From Nitrospirota bacterium (GTDB lineage Bacteria; Nitrospirota; Thermodesulfovibrionia; Thermodesulfovibrionales; SM23-35): DNA of 64,000 bases. The notes under the pieces were generated by a model. That model was not told the origin of the DNA. It was given only the letters and a program-made list of their open reading frames with translations, and did not search any database. The position numbers were made by a program, and so were the translations under genes. The stretch is from assembly GCA_040753615.1 (NCBI GenBank), contig JBFMDO010000031.1, positions 2,221 to 66,220 of the forward strand, written 5' to 3'. Below, piece by piece: positions 1 through 8,780 of the stretch. The stretch's first letter is position 1, and every line of letters begins with the position of its first letter.

Positions 1-63
1 TGAGATTGTTTATGAGCTTTATGGATTGACAGAGGAAGAGAAGAAGATAATCGAAGGCAAATG
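1..63 (+). CDS. 3' end of a restriction-modification-type DNA methyltransferase / type IIG enzyme gene (partial, continues upstream of window)
   Basis: Frame 2 is open from the window edge to TGA 61-63: EIVYELYGLTEEEKKIIEGK*. The IDxxVYxLYGLTEEE..IIE tail is the usual C-terminus of Eco57I/TaqI-like N6-adenine MTase or RM fusion proteins (recognised from memory). Confidence 0.5.
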
Positions 64-113
64 ATTTTAGAAAATTATTCAGGTAAAATAAGGACATCAA
101 GGAGGTGGAATAA

Positions 114-323
114 ATGCTGGTAAAGATAGACACATATTTTGACGGTGAGTATTGGTGTGCAAGAGGAGTTAATGAGGACATCTTCACCCAGAGCAAAACA
201 TACGATGAGTTACTGAAAAATATTAAAGAGGCTGTTAGCCTGCATTTTGAGGATGAACTCAAAAAAGGCAAGTCTGCAGAAATCTTGGTAATGTCGGAAA
301 TAGAGGTTAGCGGTGTCGCCTAA
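114..323 (+). CDS. hicB: HicB-family antitoxin (UPF0150-like, short form)
   Basis: 69 aa. GGAGG RBS at 101-105 upstream of ATG 114. EYWCARG...TYDELLKNIKEAVSLHFE resembles the HicB N-terminal fold. Overlaps the downstream HicA-like gene by 11 nt. Confidence 0.65.
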   Translation: MLVKIDTYFDGEYWCARGVNEDIFTQSKTYDELLKNIKEAVSLHFEDELKKGKSAEILVMSEIEVSGVA

Positions 324-555
324 ACTCCCACAGGTCAGCGGTCAAGAGGTAGTGAGGTTTCTCGAAAAACTCGGTTATCAGATTACCAGACAAAAAGGGA
401 GCCATATCAGGCTAAGAAAGATAACGAGTATTGGTGAACATAATATTACCATCCCAAATCATAAAACCATTGCCAAAGGAACACTAAATGACATTCTTAC
501 ACGTGTTAGCCTCTGGAATAATATAAGTAAAGAAGAATTGATAAAGCTGATATAA
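313..555 (+). CDS. hicA: HicA-family mRNA interferase toxin
   Basis: 80 aa with GTG start. LPQVSGQEVVRFLEKLGYQITRQKGSHIRL...IPNHKTIAKGTLNDIL matches the YcfA/HicA dsRBD-like signature (GSH motif). Confidence 0.75.
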   Translation: MSPKLPQVSGQEVVRFLEKLGYQITRQKGSHIRLRKITSIGEHNITIPNHKTIAKGTLNDILTRVSLWNNISKEELIKLI

Positions 556-780
556 AACGTAAAAACCATCCACGATAACTTCGTCTCCCTCGTGGACCGA
601 ATGCTCGAACTGCACAAAAAGAAAAACTCCCTCCCACCATCAGCCGAGCGCGAAAAAATAGAGCGAGAGATTGTGATAACAGATGAAAAAATAGATGAGA
701 TTGTTTATGAACTTTATGGGATAACCGAGGAGGAGAGGAAGATTATTGAGGCGGATGATTTTCGGGGTGGATTTAGGTAA
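556..780 (+). pseudogene. Reiterated start-less copy (copy 2, diverged) of the methyltransferase gene 3' end
   Basis: Open frame begins directly after the hicA stop: NVKTIHDNFVSLVDRMLELHKKKNSLPPSAEREKIEREIVITDEKIDEIVYELYGITEEERKIIE... It is homologous to 1-63 and 1324-1521. It has no upstream body or RBS. Confidence 0.6.
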
Positions 781-796
781 AATAGGATAATTAAAG

Positions 797-1105
797 ATGT
801 CAGTTTATATTGAGGTTCTTTCTAAACTTGGGAAGCAAATCAGGACAACAAGGAGGCATTGGGATGCTATAGTCGGCAAGCACGAATCGGTAAGAGGATT
901 GGAAAAGCAGGTCAAGGAAACACTTAGGAATCCTGCTTATGTCAGACTCAGCAAAGAGGATAAGTCGGTATATCTTTATTATGCGCCTTATGACGGTTAT
1001 TTCTTATGTGTTGTTTGCCGCCATCTTAATGGAGATGGTTTTATCATTACAGCATATTTAACAGATAAGATTAAAAAGGGGGTAACAGTATATGAAACCT
1101 ATTAA
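797..1105 (+). CDS. Putative toxin partner of DUF2283 (DUF4258/RelE-barnase-like small protein)
   Basis: 102 aa, overlapping the downstream DUF2283-like gene by 14 nt. C-terminal GFIITAYLTDKIKKG resembles small toxin-like proteins that pair with DUF2283. Family assignment is uncertain. Confidence 0.45.
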   Translation: MSVYIEVLSKLGKQIRTTRRHWDAIVGKHESVRGLEKQVKETLRNPAYVRLSKEDKSVYLYYAPYDGYFLCVVCRHLNGDGFIITAYLTDKIKKGVTVYETY

Positions 1106-1322
1106 GATAATTTACGATGAGAAAGGCAATACACTTTTTGTCAGGTTCAGCGAAAAAAAAGAAGCATTCTGCAAAGAAAGCGATATAGGCAAAGAAATTG
1201 TTTATTCAGTAGCTGAAGATGGGAGTGTAATAGGGTTTGAGATACTGAATTATCTTTCAAAAGGTGAGCGTAAACCTTCAAGGGTTTTGCCTGTAAAAAC
1301 TCAGGTGCTGAAAGCATCATAA
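1092..1322 (+). CDS. DUF2283-family protein (putative antitoxin)
   Basis: 76 aa. IIYDEKGNTLFVRFSEKK...DGSVIGFEILN matches the DUF2283 pattern (YDxexDxLyirf...G.ivGiEiln). Confidence 0.7.
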   Translation: MKPIKIIYDEKGNTLFVRFSEKKEAFCKESDIGKEIVYSVAEDGSVIGFEILNYLSKGERKPSRVLPVKTQVLKAS

Positions 1323-1323
1323 T

Positions 1324-1521
1324 CCCTGTTATCCACAACAAGCTCCCCTCCTTGTAAACCACGTGCTTGAACTTCGCAAAAAGAAAAACTCCCTACCCCC
1401 ATCAGCAGAGCGTGAAAAAATAGAGCGAGAAATTGCGGTTACAGATGAGAAGATAGACGAGATTGTTTATGAGCTTTATGGATTGACAGAGGAAGAGAAG
1501 AAGATAATCGAAGGCAAATGA
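1324..1521 (+). pseudogene. Reiterated start-less copy (copy 3) of the methyltransferase gene 3' end
   Basis: Open frame right after the DUF2283 stop: ...LVNHVLELRKKKNSLPPSAEREKIEREIAVTDEKIDEIVYELYGLTEEEKKIIEGK*. Bases 1459-1554 are identical to 2-97. Confidence 0.6.
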
Positions 1522-1600
1522 TTTTAGAAAATTATTCAGGTAAAATAAGGACATTAGAAAAAATTTGTTATGGCGATTGTAAAAATAGGTTTTTGTATAA

Positions 1601-1924
1601 TTACCTTAACAGTCTTTGCTGCAATAAGTCCTGCAAATCTCGCCTGCCATCAAGGACACAATGTACATAGATAGATGATTGAATAACCTGATAGATTATC
1701 CTGTAAGGCTTAAAGAAGATTTCACGAAACTCAAGGACCCCGATGCGTTCAAGTTCTATAGGGTAATGGCCTCTCGTAGGCATTGATTCAAGGGACAAAA
1801 TAGTCTTTTCGATATTGTGGAGGAGTCTGTCGGCTTTTTCGATAGAGTCGTTCAGGGCAACATAACGATAAATATCAGATAGATCCTTCTCAGCATCCTC
1901 AATAATGTAAACAAAATATTTCAT
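1601..1924 (-). CDS. parE: ParE/RelE-family toxin
   Basis: 107 aa. AEKDLSDIYRYVA...YRIIYQV...IYVHCVLDGRRD is the ParE/RelE pattern. ATGA overlap with the upstream antitoxin. Confidence 0.75.
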   Translation of the reverse strand: MKYFVYIIEDAEKDLSDIYRYVALNDSIEKADRLLHNIEKTILSLESMPTRGHYPIELERIGVLEFREIFFKPYRIIYQVIQSSIYVHCVLDGRRDLQDLLQQRLLR

Positions 1925-2205
1925 TATTGTTTAAATTCTTTGGGCTTTTTCCTTAAGTCTCTAAAAACCTCCCTAACATGCCTGAATTTGCCTGCTTCAA
2001 AACTTTTCCTGCTCATAGCAAGTATCTTGAGCATCGCAAGGCTTTCGTTGGTCTTTTCGTATTCTCTGATATCCTGAAGTATCACCTTTGCTTCGCCATT
2101 CAAAGTAATAACAACAGAACAGCCTTTCTCTGAAACTTCCCGAACAATCTCAGAGGCATGAGACTTGAAATAACTTATCGGTTTAACAGATTTACTCAAT
2201 TTCAT
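1924..2205 (-). CDS. Phd/YefM-family antitoxin
   Basis: 93 aa. KPISYFKSHASEIVREVSEKGCSVVITLNGEAKVILQDIREYE is a typical Phd/YefM N-terminus. Translationally coupled to the ParE-like gene. Confidence 0.75.
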   Translation of the reverse strand: MKLSKSVKPISYFKSHASEIVREVSEKGCSVVITLNGEAKVILQDIREYEKTNESLAMLKILAMSRKSFEAGKFRHVREVFRDLRKKPKEFKQ

Positions 2206-2437
2206 AAGAATATCCTCCGTATAAAAAGGTCTGAATATAGTCTATATTATGGTCAATATTTTTTCAAGAATTTATGGGTCCGGAACTAATCAGTGGGGGC
2301 TCTCAATAGGGGTCTTCAATCTTCACTTAACAATACTTATTAAATGTGCGGTTGAAGCAAGACAATTGAGAGTCATGAGATGAGCACTACTATGGAAGGG
2401 GGTCAAGTCTGGGTCAAGTCTTGTTTTTTGCATAAAC

Positions 2438-2614
2438 TCATCTTCCCTTATTCACCATCCTGCTTACTGTTGAGTAATGTATCCCAAGATAGTCAGCAAC
2501 CTCTTTCTGGCTGTATCCATATCTCCCTACAGCCCTCTGTCCTTATACTGGACAGGCGGCTTTGCGTCACCCGGTTACACAGACTTTACCTTTTCGGTGG
2601 ATATGTTGATAAGT
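2438..2614 (-). pseudogene. Decayed C-terminal HTH remnant of a transposase-like (COG1943-type with DnaA-C-like HTH) gene
   Basis: Minus-strand frame reads TYQHIHRKGKVCVTG*RKAACPV*GQRAVGRYGYSQKEVADYLGIHYSTVSRMVNKGR*. The GYSQKEVADYLGIHYSTVSR part is a clear HTH. There are two in-frame stops and no N-terminal body. Confidence 0.4.
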
Positions 2615-2734
2615 AACGTTTATAACTCTAAAATTTATCAATTAAAGGGGCTACATAGGGCGAATTAATACGACCGAGGCATATTAAAGGGATGCAACTG
2701 GAATTTTGGATAATATTACTTTAAGGAATAGACC

Positions 2735-2763
2735 TTGCCAGCATTTTTGGTATAAGTTATAGT
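2735..2763 (+). promoter_or_regulatory. Putative sigma70-type promoter of smc
   Basis: TTGCCA (2735-2740), 17 nt spacer, TATAGT (2758-2763). This would give a very short leader before ATG 2776, and no SD is visible. Confidence 0.25.
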
Positions 2764-2775
2764 ATAAATCTAAAG

Positions 2776-5700
2776 ATGCGTATCGAAAAAATTGAGTTAA
2801 TAGGGTTCAAATCCTTTGCAGATAAAACCACTTTTAATTTTCATCCGGGCATTACCTGTATTGTGGGTCCAAACGGGTGCGGGAAGAGCAATGTTGTTGA
2901 TGCATTCCGCTGGGTTCTTGGTGAACAGAGTGCAAAGAGCCTCAGGGGTGAAAAGATGGAAGAGGTGATTTTCAACGGCTCTGCATCGAAAAAGCCAAAG
3001 GGCATGGCTGAGGTCACTCTGGCAATATCAGGGCTGAATGGCACCCAGCAGGCAAGGCAAGGTGAAAATGGGGAAGGCTCTTCAGATACTGCATTTGTTA
3101 CGAGAAGACTTTACAGGTCTGGAGACAGCGAATACATACTAAATAAAGATCAATGCAGGTTAAAGGATATAAAAGACATTTTCCTTGATACAGGACTGGA
3201 AGTAAAGAGCTATTCTGTGCTTGAACAGGATAGGATTGCCGAGATACTTAATTCAAAACCACAGGACAGAAGGTTTCTTATAGAGGAAGTAGCAGGGGTT
3301 ATGAAGTACAACTTCAGAAAAAAGGAGGCTATCTCAAAGCTCGAATCATCCAAGGCAAATCTTCAAAGGATAAACGATATAATCAGTGAAGTAAAAAAAC
3401 AGATCAACCTGCTCGATAGACTGGCAAAAAAGGCTGAAAGATACAAAAAGCTATCTTCTGAAATCCATTCTATAGAATTGAAGATTGCTAAAAGGGATTA
3501 TCTATCACTTAAGGAAGCGTATGACAAAATACTTGCAGAATATACCACCCTTAAAGAGGATGAATCTCTTAAAAAGGCAGAGCTTGCAGGTATAGAAAAC
3601 TACATAGAGACAAAGAGACTTGAACTCCTCGAAAAAGAAAAGACATTAGAAAATATCCAGACAAAATTCCAAGATGTAGAGAAAGATATTTCCGAACTCG
3701 AAAAGCTTATAGCAATAGCGCGGACAGAACGGGATAACAATAGAGAGTATCTTGCAAAGCTCTATGAGCAGAAGGAAGAACTCAACCTCAAAGAGGAAAA
3801 GGCATCTCTTAAACAAAAAGACCTCGAAAAAACCGAAACTGATATTTCATCAGAAATAGAAAGGCAGAAGGAATTCCTTGCAGATAAAGCTGGTTTTGTA
3901 AGGTCTCTGGAGGAAGAACTCGCAGATGATGAAGAATCACTTGAAGCAAAGAGGCGCGAGATATTCAAGATATCTGAGGATATTAGCAACCGTAGGAATG
4001 ATTATAACAGCCTAAAGACATCTCTTGAAGGACTGAAACAAAGAGAAACATTATCTGTAAAAGATGCGGAGAGTCTGAAAGACATCCTATCTGATATAGA
4101 CTCCTCGCTGAAAGATTTGGAGTCAGCCCTTCTGGAAAAGAATAACAATCTTCTCATTCTTAAAGAAAAAAGGGAAGCTATTGCAAATGAGATTTCTGAA
4201 GATAAAGTCAAAATCGGAACCCTAAGAGAGAAAATATCAGGACTCAAAGAAGAACTTGCGTCTAATATATCACGCTTTGAATCTCTCAGAGAATTAATAT
4301 TTGATGAGTCAACAAAAGAAATACTTTCACAGGATTTGAATATTACTCTTATCGCATCAATTTCTGATGTAATAGAGATCGAGGCTAAGTACGAAAAGGC
4401 TGTGGAGAGCGCACTTTCAGAAAAGGCTAATTCATTTATTCTCCCTTCATACAATGATATAAAAAATGCTATATCAACGTTAAAAGAAAAAGAAACAGGT
4501 AGAACAGCACTGATACCCATTAGCCCGGTTAAAAATATTGTGGAAACAGATGTTCCTGAAGGCGTTATAGGGAGGGCATCGGATTTTATACGGACTAAAG
4601 AGGAGTTTTCTGATGTTTCAAGAAGTCTGTTTGGCAATATCTTCATAGTAAAGGATATGCAGACAGCCTTAAATCTTGTTCCCATGGGACATAACTCAGT
4701 TTTTGTGACCCTCGAAGGAGAGGTTATAGAACCATCAGGTGCGGTTATCGCAGGAGATGTAAGAGGGGTCTTCAGGAGAAAAAGAGAGATGAGGGAGCTT
4801 GAAAAAACCATTGAAAATAATAAGACCGTGATAGCCGATATGCAGGAAGAATTAAACTTAATCCTTCAGATGGCAGAAAAAAGGGAATTCGACCTTAAAG
4901 ATACTGAAACAGATATTGCAGATATTGAAAAATCGCTTTCTATTTTAAACCTGACATCCGAAAATCAGGTGGCAGAGCAAGAGCAGAAAAAGAGAAAACT
5001 TGCTTCTCTTTCAATAGAGAGAGAGCAGGTGATTAATGAGATAAAGTTAACAGAAAAACTAATTACTGAAAAAGAAGCCGAGATGCAATCAGCAGAGTCG
5101 AATAGGGAGGGACTTGAACAGGATACCTTATCCCTTCAGGAAAAAATTATGCAGAAAAGGTCGTGTCTTGAGAAATATAGGGCAGAGGTTACTGATATAA
5201 GACTCGAGATAACTTCTCTCAAGGAGAAGTTGGAATCTGTCAGAAAGGAAAGGGAAGCCCTTTTCAGAGACATGGCTAATAGTAATCAGAAAAGAGAATT
5301 TCTGTTAGCAGAAATTTTTTCAATAAATTCACGTATTGAAGAGAGAGAAAAAGAGATAAATATACATGAAGAAAAAATAAGGTCTGTGGTCTCTATCGCA
5401 GATGGATTAAAAAAAGAGATATCCGAAAGAAAAGAACTAATAGAAACTGAAAATCAGGAATTGCTATTATCTGAGCAGAATCTGAAGGGAATAAGAATCC
5501 AGATTGATTCTCTTTTTCAGAGGATATCCGAGCTCGATATCCACAAGACTGAACATAAAATGAGAATCGAGGGGTTGCATGAAAATATAATGCGGAACTA
5601 TGGCTCAGATATAGCTACTATAGAAGTGGAACCACTTTCTCCTGAAGACGAGGAAAGACTTTTTGAGCTTAAGAAAAAGATACAGGATCTCGGGACTGTA

Positions 5701-6291
5701 AATCTCGGCACTTTAGAAGAATATGAAGAGCTGCGAACACGGTATGAATTTCTTACAGCACAACAGCAAGACCTGACTAAATCTATAGCAGAACTCGAAG
5801 AGGCTATTACAAAAATAAATTCTACAACCCGCAGGAAACTCAGGGAAGCATTTGATTTGCTCAATGCTAAATTTTCGGAAGTATTTATAAAATTATTTGG
5901 CGGCGGCAGGGCTGCACTCGTTATGACAGATGAAAATAACATCCTCGACACAGGCATTGAGATAATCGCACAGCCTCCCGGAAAAAAACTCCAGAACATA
6001 AACCTCCTTTCAGGCGGAGAAAAAACCCTTACTGCCTTATCTCTGCTTTTTGCAAGTTTCCTTATTAAACCAACACCGCTCTGTGTGCTGGATGAGGCAG
6101 ATTCTGCACTGGACGAAGCAAATACAGGAAAATTTGCACAAATGATTCGTGAATTTTCAAGGGATACTCAATTTATTGTGGTAACCCACAATAGAAACAC
6201 CATGAGCGTGGCTGACTATATATATGGAATAACCATGGAAGAGCCAGGGACTTCAAAGGTAATATCCATGCAGCTTATAGAAGCGCAATAG
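2776..6291 (+). CDS. smc: Chromosome segregation protein SMC
   Basis: 1171 aa. Walker A GPNGCGKSN at the N-terminus, long coiled coils, a hinge, signature LSGGEKTLTALSLLFA and Walker B LCVLDEADSALD at the C-terminus. Confidence 0.95.
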   Translation: MRIEKIELIGFKSFADKTTFNFHPGITCIVGPNGCGKSNVVDAFRWVLGEQSAKSLRGEKMEEVIFNGSASKKPKGMAEVTLAISGLNGTQQARQGENGEGSSDTAFVTRRLYRSGDSEYILNKDQCRLKDIKDIFLDTGLEVKSYSVLEQDRIAEILNSKPQDRRFLIEEVAGVMKYNFRKKEAISKLESSKANLQRINDIISEVKKQINLLDRLAKKAERYKKLSSEIHSIELKIAKRDYLSLKEAYDKILAEYTTLKEDESLKKAELAGIENYIETKRLELLEKEKTLENIQTKFQDVEKDISELEKLIAIARTERDNNREYLAKLYEQKEELNLKEEKASLKQKDLEKTETDISSEIERQKEFLADKAGFVRSLEEELADDEESLEAKRREIFKISEDISNRRNDYNSLKTSLEGLKQRETLSVKDAESLKDILSDIDSSLKDLESALLEKNNNLLILKEKREAIANEISEDKVKIGTLREKISGLKEELASNISRFESLRELIFDESTKEILSQDLNITLIASISDVIEIEAKYEKAVESALSEKANSFILPSYNDIKNAISTLKEKETGRTALIPISPVKNIVETDVPEGVIGRASDFIRTKEEFSDVSRSLFGNIFIVKDMQTALNLVPMGHNSVFVTLEGEVIEPSGAVIAGDVRGVFRRKREMRELEKTIENNKTVIADMQEELNLILQMAEKREFDLKDTETDIADIEKSLSILNLTSENQVAEQEQKKRKLASLSIEREQVINEIKLTEKLITEKEAEMQSAESNREGLEQDTLSLQEKIMQKRSCLEKYRAEVTDIRLEITSLKEKLESVRKEREALFRDMANSNQKREFLLAEIFSINSRIEEREKEINIHEEKIRSVVSIADGLKKEISERKELIETENQELLLSEQNLKGIRIQIDSLFQRISELDIHKTEHKMRIEGLHENIMRNYGSDIATIEVEPLSPEDEERLFELKKKIQDLGTVNLGTLEEYEELRTRYEFLTAQQQDLTKSIAELEEAITKINSTTRRKLREAFDLLNAKFSEVFIKLFGGGRAALVMTDENNILDTGIEIIAQPPGKKLQNINLLSGGEKTLTALSLLFASFLIKPTPLCVLDEADSALDEANTGKFAQMIREFSRDTQFIVVTHNRNTMSVADYIYGITMEEPGTSKVISMQLIEAQ

Positions 6292-6383
6292 GATTCAAGG
6301 GGGCAAGGAGTCAAGCGAACAAGGGGGTAAAACTTAGAAAAATAAACACTTGAACCCTCGAATTCTTGAATCCTCGAACCCTC
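6291..6383. repeat. Imperfect inverted repeat built from GGNTTCAAG/TTCGAGG words, directly after the smc stop
   Basis: Left arm GGATTCAAGGGGGCAAGGAGTCAAGCGAACAAGGGGG. Right arm CTTGAACCCTCGAATTCTTGAATCCTCGAACCCTC. GGATTCAAG pairs with CTTGAATCC. The same word family occurs inside purL at 41758-41840. Confidence 0.5.
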
Positions 6384-6422
6384 TTTAACAAATAATTGAA
6401 AGAAGAAAACTTTTAGACTCCA

Positions 6423-7784
6423 ATGAACAAACTTATAGATAAATTACCAAACATAAAAATATCAACTGCCCCTGAGGATCTTATATGTTATAGCTTTGAT
6501 GCCTCAGGACTTGAGGCATTTCCTTCTGCCGTGGTCTGGCCCGAAAATACAGACGATGTAGTAAAGATTATGAAGTATGCCAGTGATAACGGTATCCCCG
6601 TGGTACCGCGTGGTGCAGGCACGGGGATGACAGCAGGAGCATTGCCATCAAAAGGAGCTATAATCCTTAGCTTCGAGAAGATGAACAGGATACTCGAGAT
6701 AGACTCTGAAAATCTTAACGTCCTTTGTGAGCCAGGTGTGATTAACGGGAAACTTCAGCGAGAGCTTGAACTGAAAGGCTTTTTCTATCCTCCAGACCCT
6801 GCGAGCATGAACTTCTGCACCATAGGTGGGAATGTTGCTGAAAATGCAGGCGGTCCGAGGGCATTGAAATATGGCGTGACGAGAGATTATGTGATGGAGA
6901 TAGAGGCTGTGCTTCCATGTGGAGAGATAGTCACAACAGGGGTCAGGACGTCAAAAGGGGTTGTTGGTTATGATCTGGCAAAACTCCTTGTAGGCTCAGA
7001 AGGGACATTATGTATATTTACAAAGATAAGGTTAAAGATGCTTCCCCTGCCTGAAGATGTTATTACATTACTTGCTATTTTTAATAATCTTGAATCAGCA
7101 GGCAAGGCAGTATCAAAGATTATAGCATCGAAAGTTATTCCGAGGACACTTGAGTTTATGGATCACGAGGCTATAAAGGCTGTTGAGAATTATAAACCTG
7201 TTGGGCTTCCAAAAGATGCAGAAGCAGTTCTCCTTATAGAAGTGGACGGTTATCCAACTGTTATAACAAAAGAGGCGGAAAAGATAGCCGAGATATGCCA
7301 GGGACTTGGTGCAGAAATAGAAATGGCAGAAGATGAATATGCAAGGACAGACCTGTGGACAGCGAGGAGGGCTGTCTCGCCTGCTCTTTATCATATAAAG
7401 CCAACAAAGATAAATGAGGATATTGTTGTTCCGAGGAGTATGATACCAGAGATGCTTAACTACCTGAGAAAGCTATCAGAGGAAAGCGGTGTAAAGATAG
7501 TAAACTTCGGACATGCAGGCGACGGAAATATTCACGTAAACATTATGGTAGACAGAAAGGATAAAGAAGAATATCAGAAAGGTTTGAATCTCGTAGGTCA
7601 AGTATTTAGTCAAACCCTTTCATTTGGGGGCACCATTTCAGGTGAACACGGTATTGGACTTACAAAGGCAGCTTATATCAAGATGGAACTATCCGAAAAA
7701 GAGATTGAGATTATGGAATCCATAAAAAAGATATTTGATCCCAAGAGAATTCTTAACCCGGGTAAAATATTCCCGGATAACTAA
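6423..7784 (+). CDS. glcD: FAD-linked oxidase, GlcD/D-lactate dehydrogenase family
   Basis: 453 aa. PCMH-type FAD-binding N-terminus (VVPRGAGTGMTAGALP) and C-terminal GGTISGEHGIGLTK...DPKRILNPGKI, typical of GlcD-like enzymes. Confidence 0.8.
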   Translation: MNKLIDKLPNIKISTAPEDLICYSFDASGLEAFPSAVVWPENTDDVVKIMKYASDNGIPVVPRGAGTGMTAGALPSKGAIILSFEKMNRILEIDSENLNVLCEPGVINGKLQRELELKGFFYPPDPASMNFCTIGGNVAENAGGPRALKYGVTRDYVMEIEAVLPCGEIVTTGVRTSKGVVGYDLAKLLVGSEGTLCIFTKIRLKMLPLPEDVITLLAIFNNLESAGKAVSKIIASKVIPRTLEFMDHEAIKAVENYKPVGLPKDAEAVLLIEVDGYPTVITKEAEKIAEICQGLGAEIEMAEDEYARTDLWTARRAVSPALYHIKPTKINEDIVVPRSMIPEMLNYLRKLSEESGVKIVNFGHAGDGNIHVNIMVDRKDKEEYQKGLNLVGQVFSQTLSFGGTISGEHGIGLTKAAYIKMELSEKEIEIMESIKKIFDPKRILNPGKIFPDN

Positions 7785-7901
7785 AAAATATTTGGTTCTT
7801 CTGGCTTTAGTGTGGGTAAGTGGGATGGAGCAAGATGTGTCCCTCTTTGGAAAAGAGAGGAAAATAAGGCATTAAATTTCTCATAAAAAAAGGGGGGAGG
7901 G

Positions 7902-8780
7902 ATGAAGAAGTATTTAGTATCAATAACAATTTTCTTGGGGTTTTTACTTTTAGTAACACCTGTCAACTCTCATGCTGAAAAGATAAAGGTAATCGCAAGT
8001 ATTGTACCGCTCGCTGATCTTGTAAAACAGGTTGGAGGAGAGAGGGTTGATGTGAGAGTGCTCTTACCGCCAGGTGCAAACCCCCATATCTATGAACCAA
8101 CTCCAAAGGCTATAAAGGATATCTCTGATGCAAGATTGTTCATCAAGATAGGAGCAGGTCTCGAATTCTGGCTTGAAAAAATAATAAAGGCATCAGGAAA
8201 TAACAGATTAATTATTGTTAATTCATCATCAGGAATACCATTAATAAAGGAAACTCATTTTCACGGCTCCTCAGTTGCTGACCCGCACATATGGCTCGAT
8301 CCAGTAATAGTAATAGATATAGTTAAAAAGATAGAAAACGCACTTGTCGAAATTGACCATCCAAATAGTGATTTATATAAAAGGCGCGCCTCTTTATATA
8401 AGGAAAAACTTTTACAACTTGATAAGGAGATATCTGAGAGAACAAAGAAATTTAAGATAAAAGAATATGTCACATTTCATCCTGCATGGAATTATTTTTC
8501 AAAAAGATATGGTCTTAAAGTTGTGGGCGTCATCGAAGAATCACCTGGAAAAGAACCAAGCCCAAAACATATCGAAAGGATAATTAAAGAGATTAAACGC
8601 ATAGGAAGCAGGGTCATTTTTGTCGAGCCTCAGTTTAATCCCAAGATTGCTGAGGCTATAGCAAAAGAAAGCGGTTCACAGGTCTTATATCTCGATCCCA
8701 TTGGCGGACAAAAAGGCAGAGAGACTTACCTGAATATAATGAGATATAATGTTTCTGTAATGGAAAGCGTAATGAGATAG
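7902..8780 (+). CDS. znuA: Periplasmic metal (Zn/Mn)-binding protein, ZnuA/TroA family
   Basis: 292 aa with a signal peptide. Metal-ligand motifs ANPHIYEP, DPHIWLDP and FHPAWNYF. Followed by the cognate ATPase and permease. Confidence 0.8.
   Translation: MKKYLVSITIFLGFLLLVTPVNSHAEKIKVIASIVPLADLVKQVGGERVDVRVLLPPGANPHIYEPTPKAIKDISDARLFIKIGAGLEFWLEKIIKASGNNRLIIVNSSSGIPLIKETHFHGSSVADPHIWLDPVIVIDIVKKIENALVEIDHPNSDLYKRRASLYKEKLLQLDKEISERTKKFKIKEYVTFHPAWNYFSKRYGLKVVGVIEESPGKEPSPKHIERIIKEIKRIGSRVIFVEPQFNPKIAEAIAKESGSQVLYLDPIGGQKGRETYLNIMRYNVSVMESVMR

Noticed and set aside
1147-1362. 71-aa minus-strand ORF overlapping the DUF2283 gene and methyltransferase-end copy 3.
   Set aside because: It is the shadow frame of two better-supported + strand elements and shows no motif or RBS.
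4002-4811. 269-aa ORF antisense to smc. Similar long antisense ORFs occur at 5598-5999, 43220-43894 (antisense to purB), 54083-54622 (antisense to the hybrid kinase), 62077-62679 (antisense to birA) and 28185-28655 (antisense to the dksA-like gene).
   Set aside because: All lie opposite strongly supported genes. They have Ser/Leu/Phe-rich low-complexity translations typical of shadow frames of Glu/Lys-rich genes, with no RBS and no recognisable motifs.
7835-7870. TGTGTCCCTCTTTGGAAAAGAGAGGAAAATAA between glcD and znuA, considered as a decayed intergenic copy of the G/C-run palindromic element.
   Set aside because: It has only a weak CCCTCTTT/AAGAGAGG half-palindrome and no C6/G6 runs. The similarity is too low to call without an alignment model.
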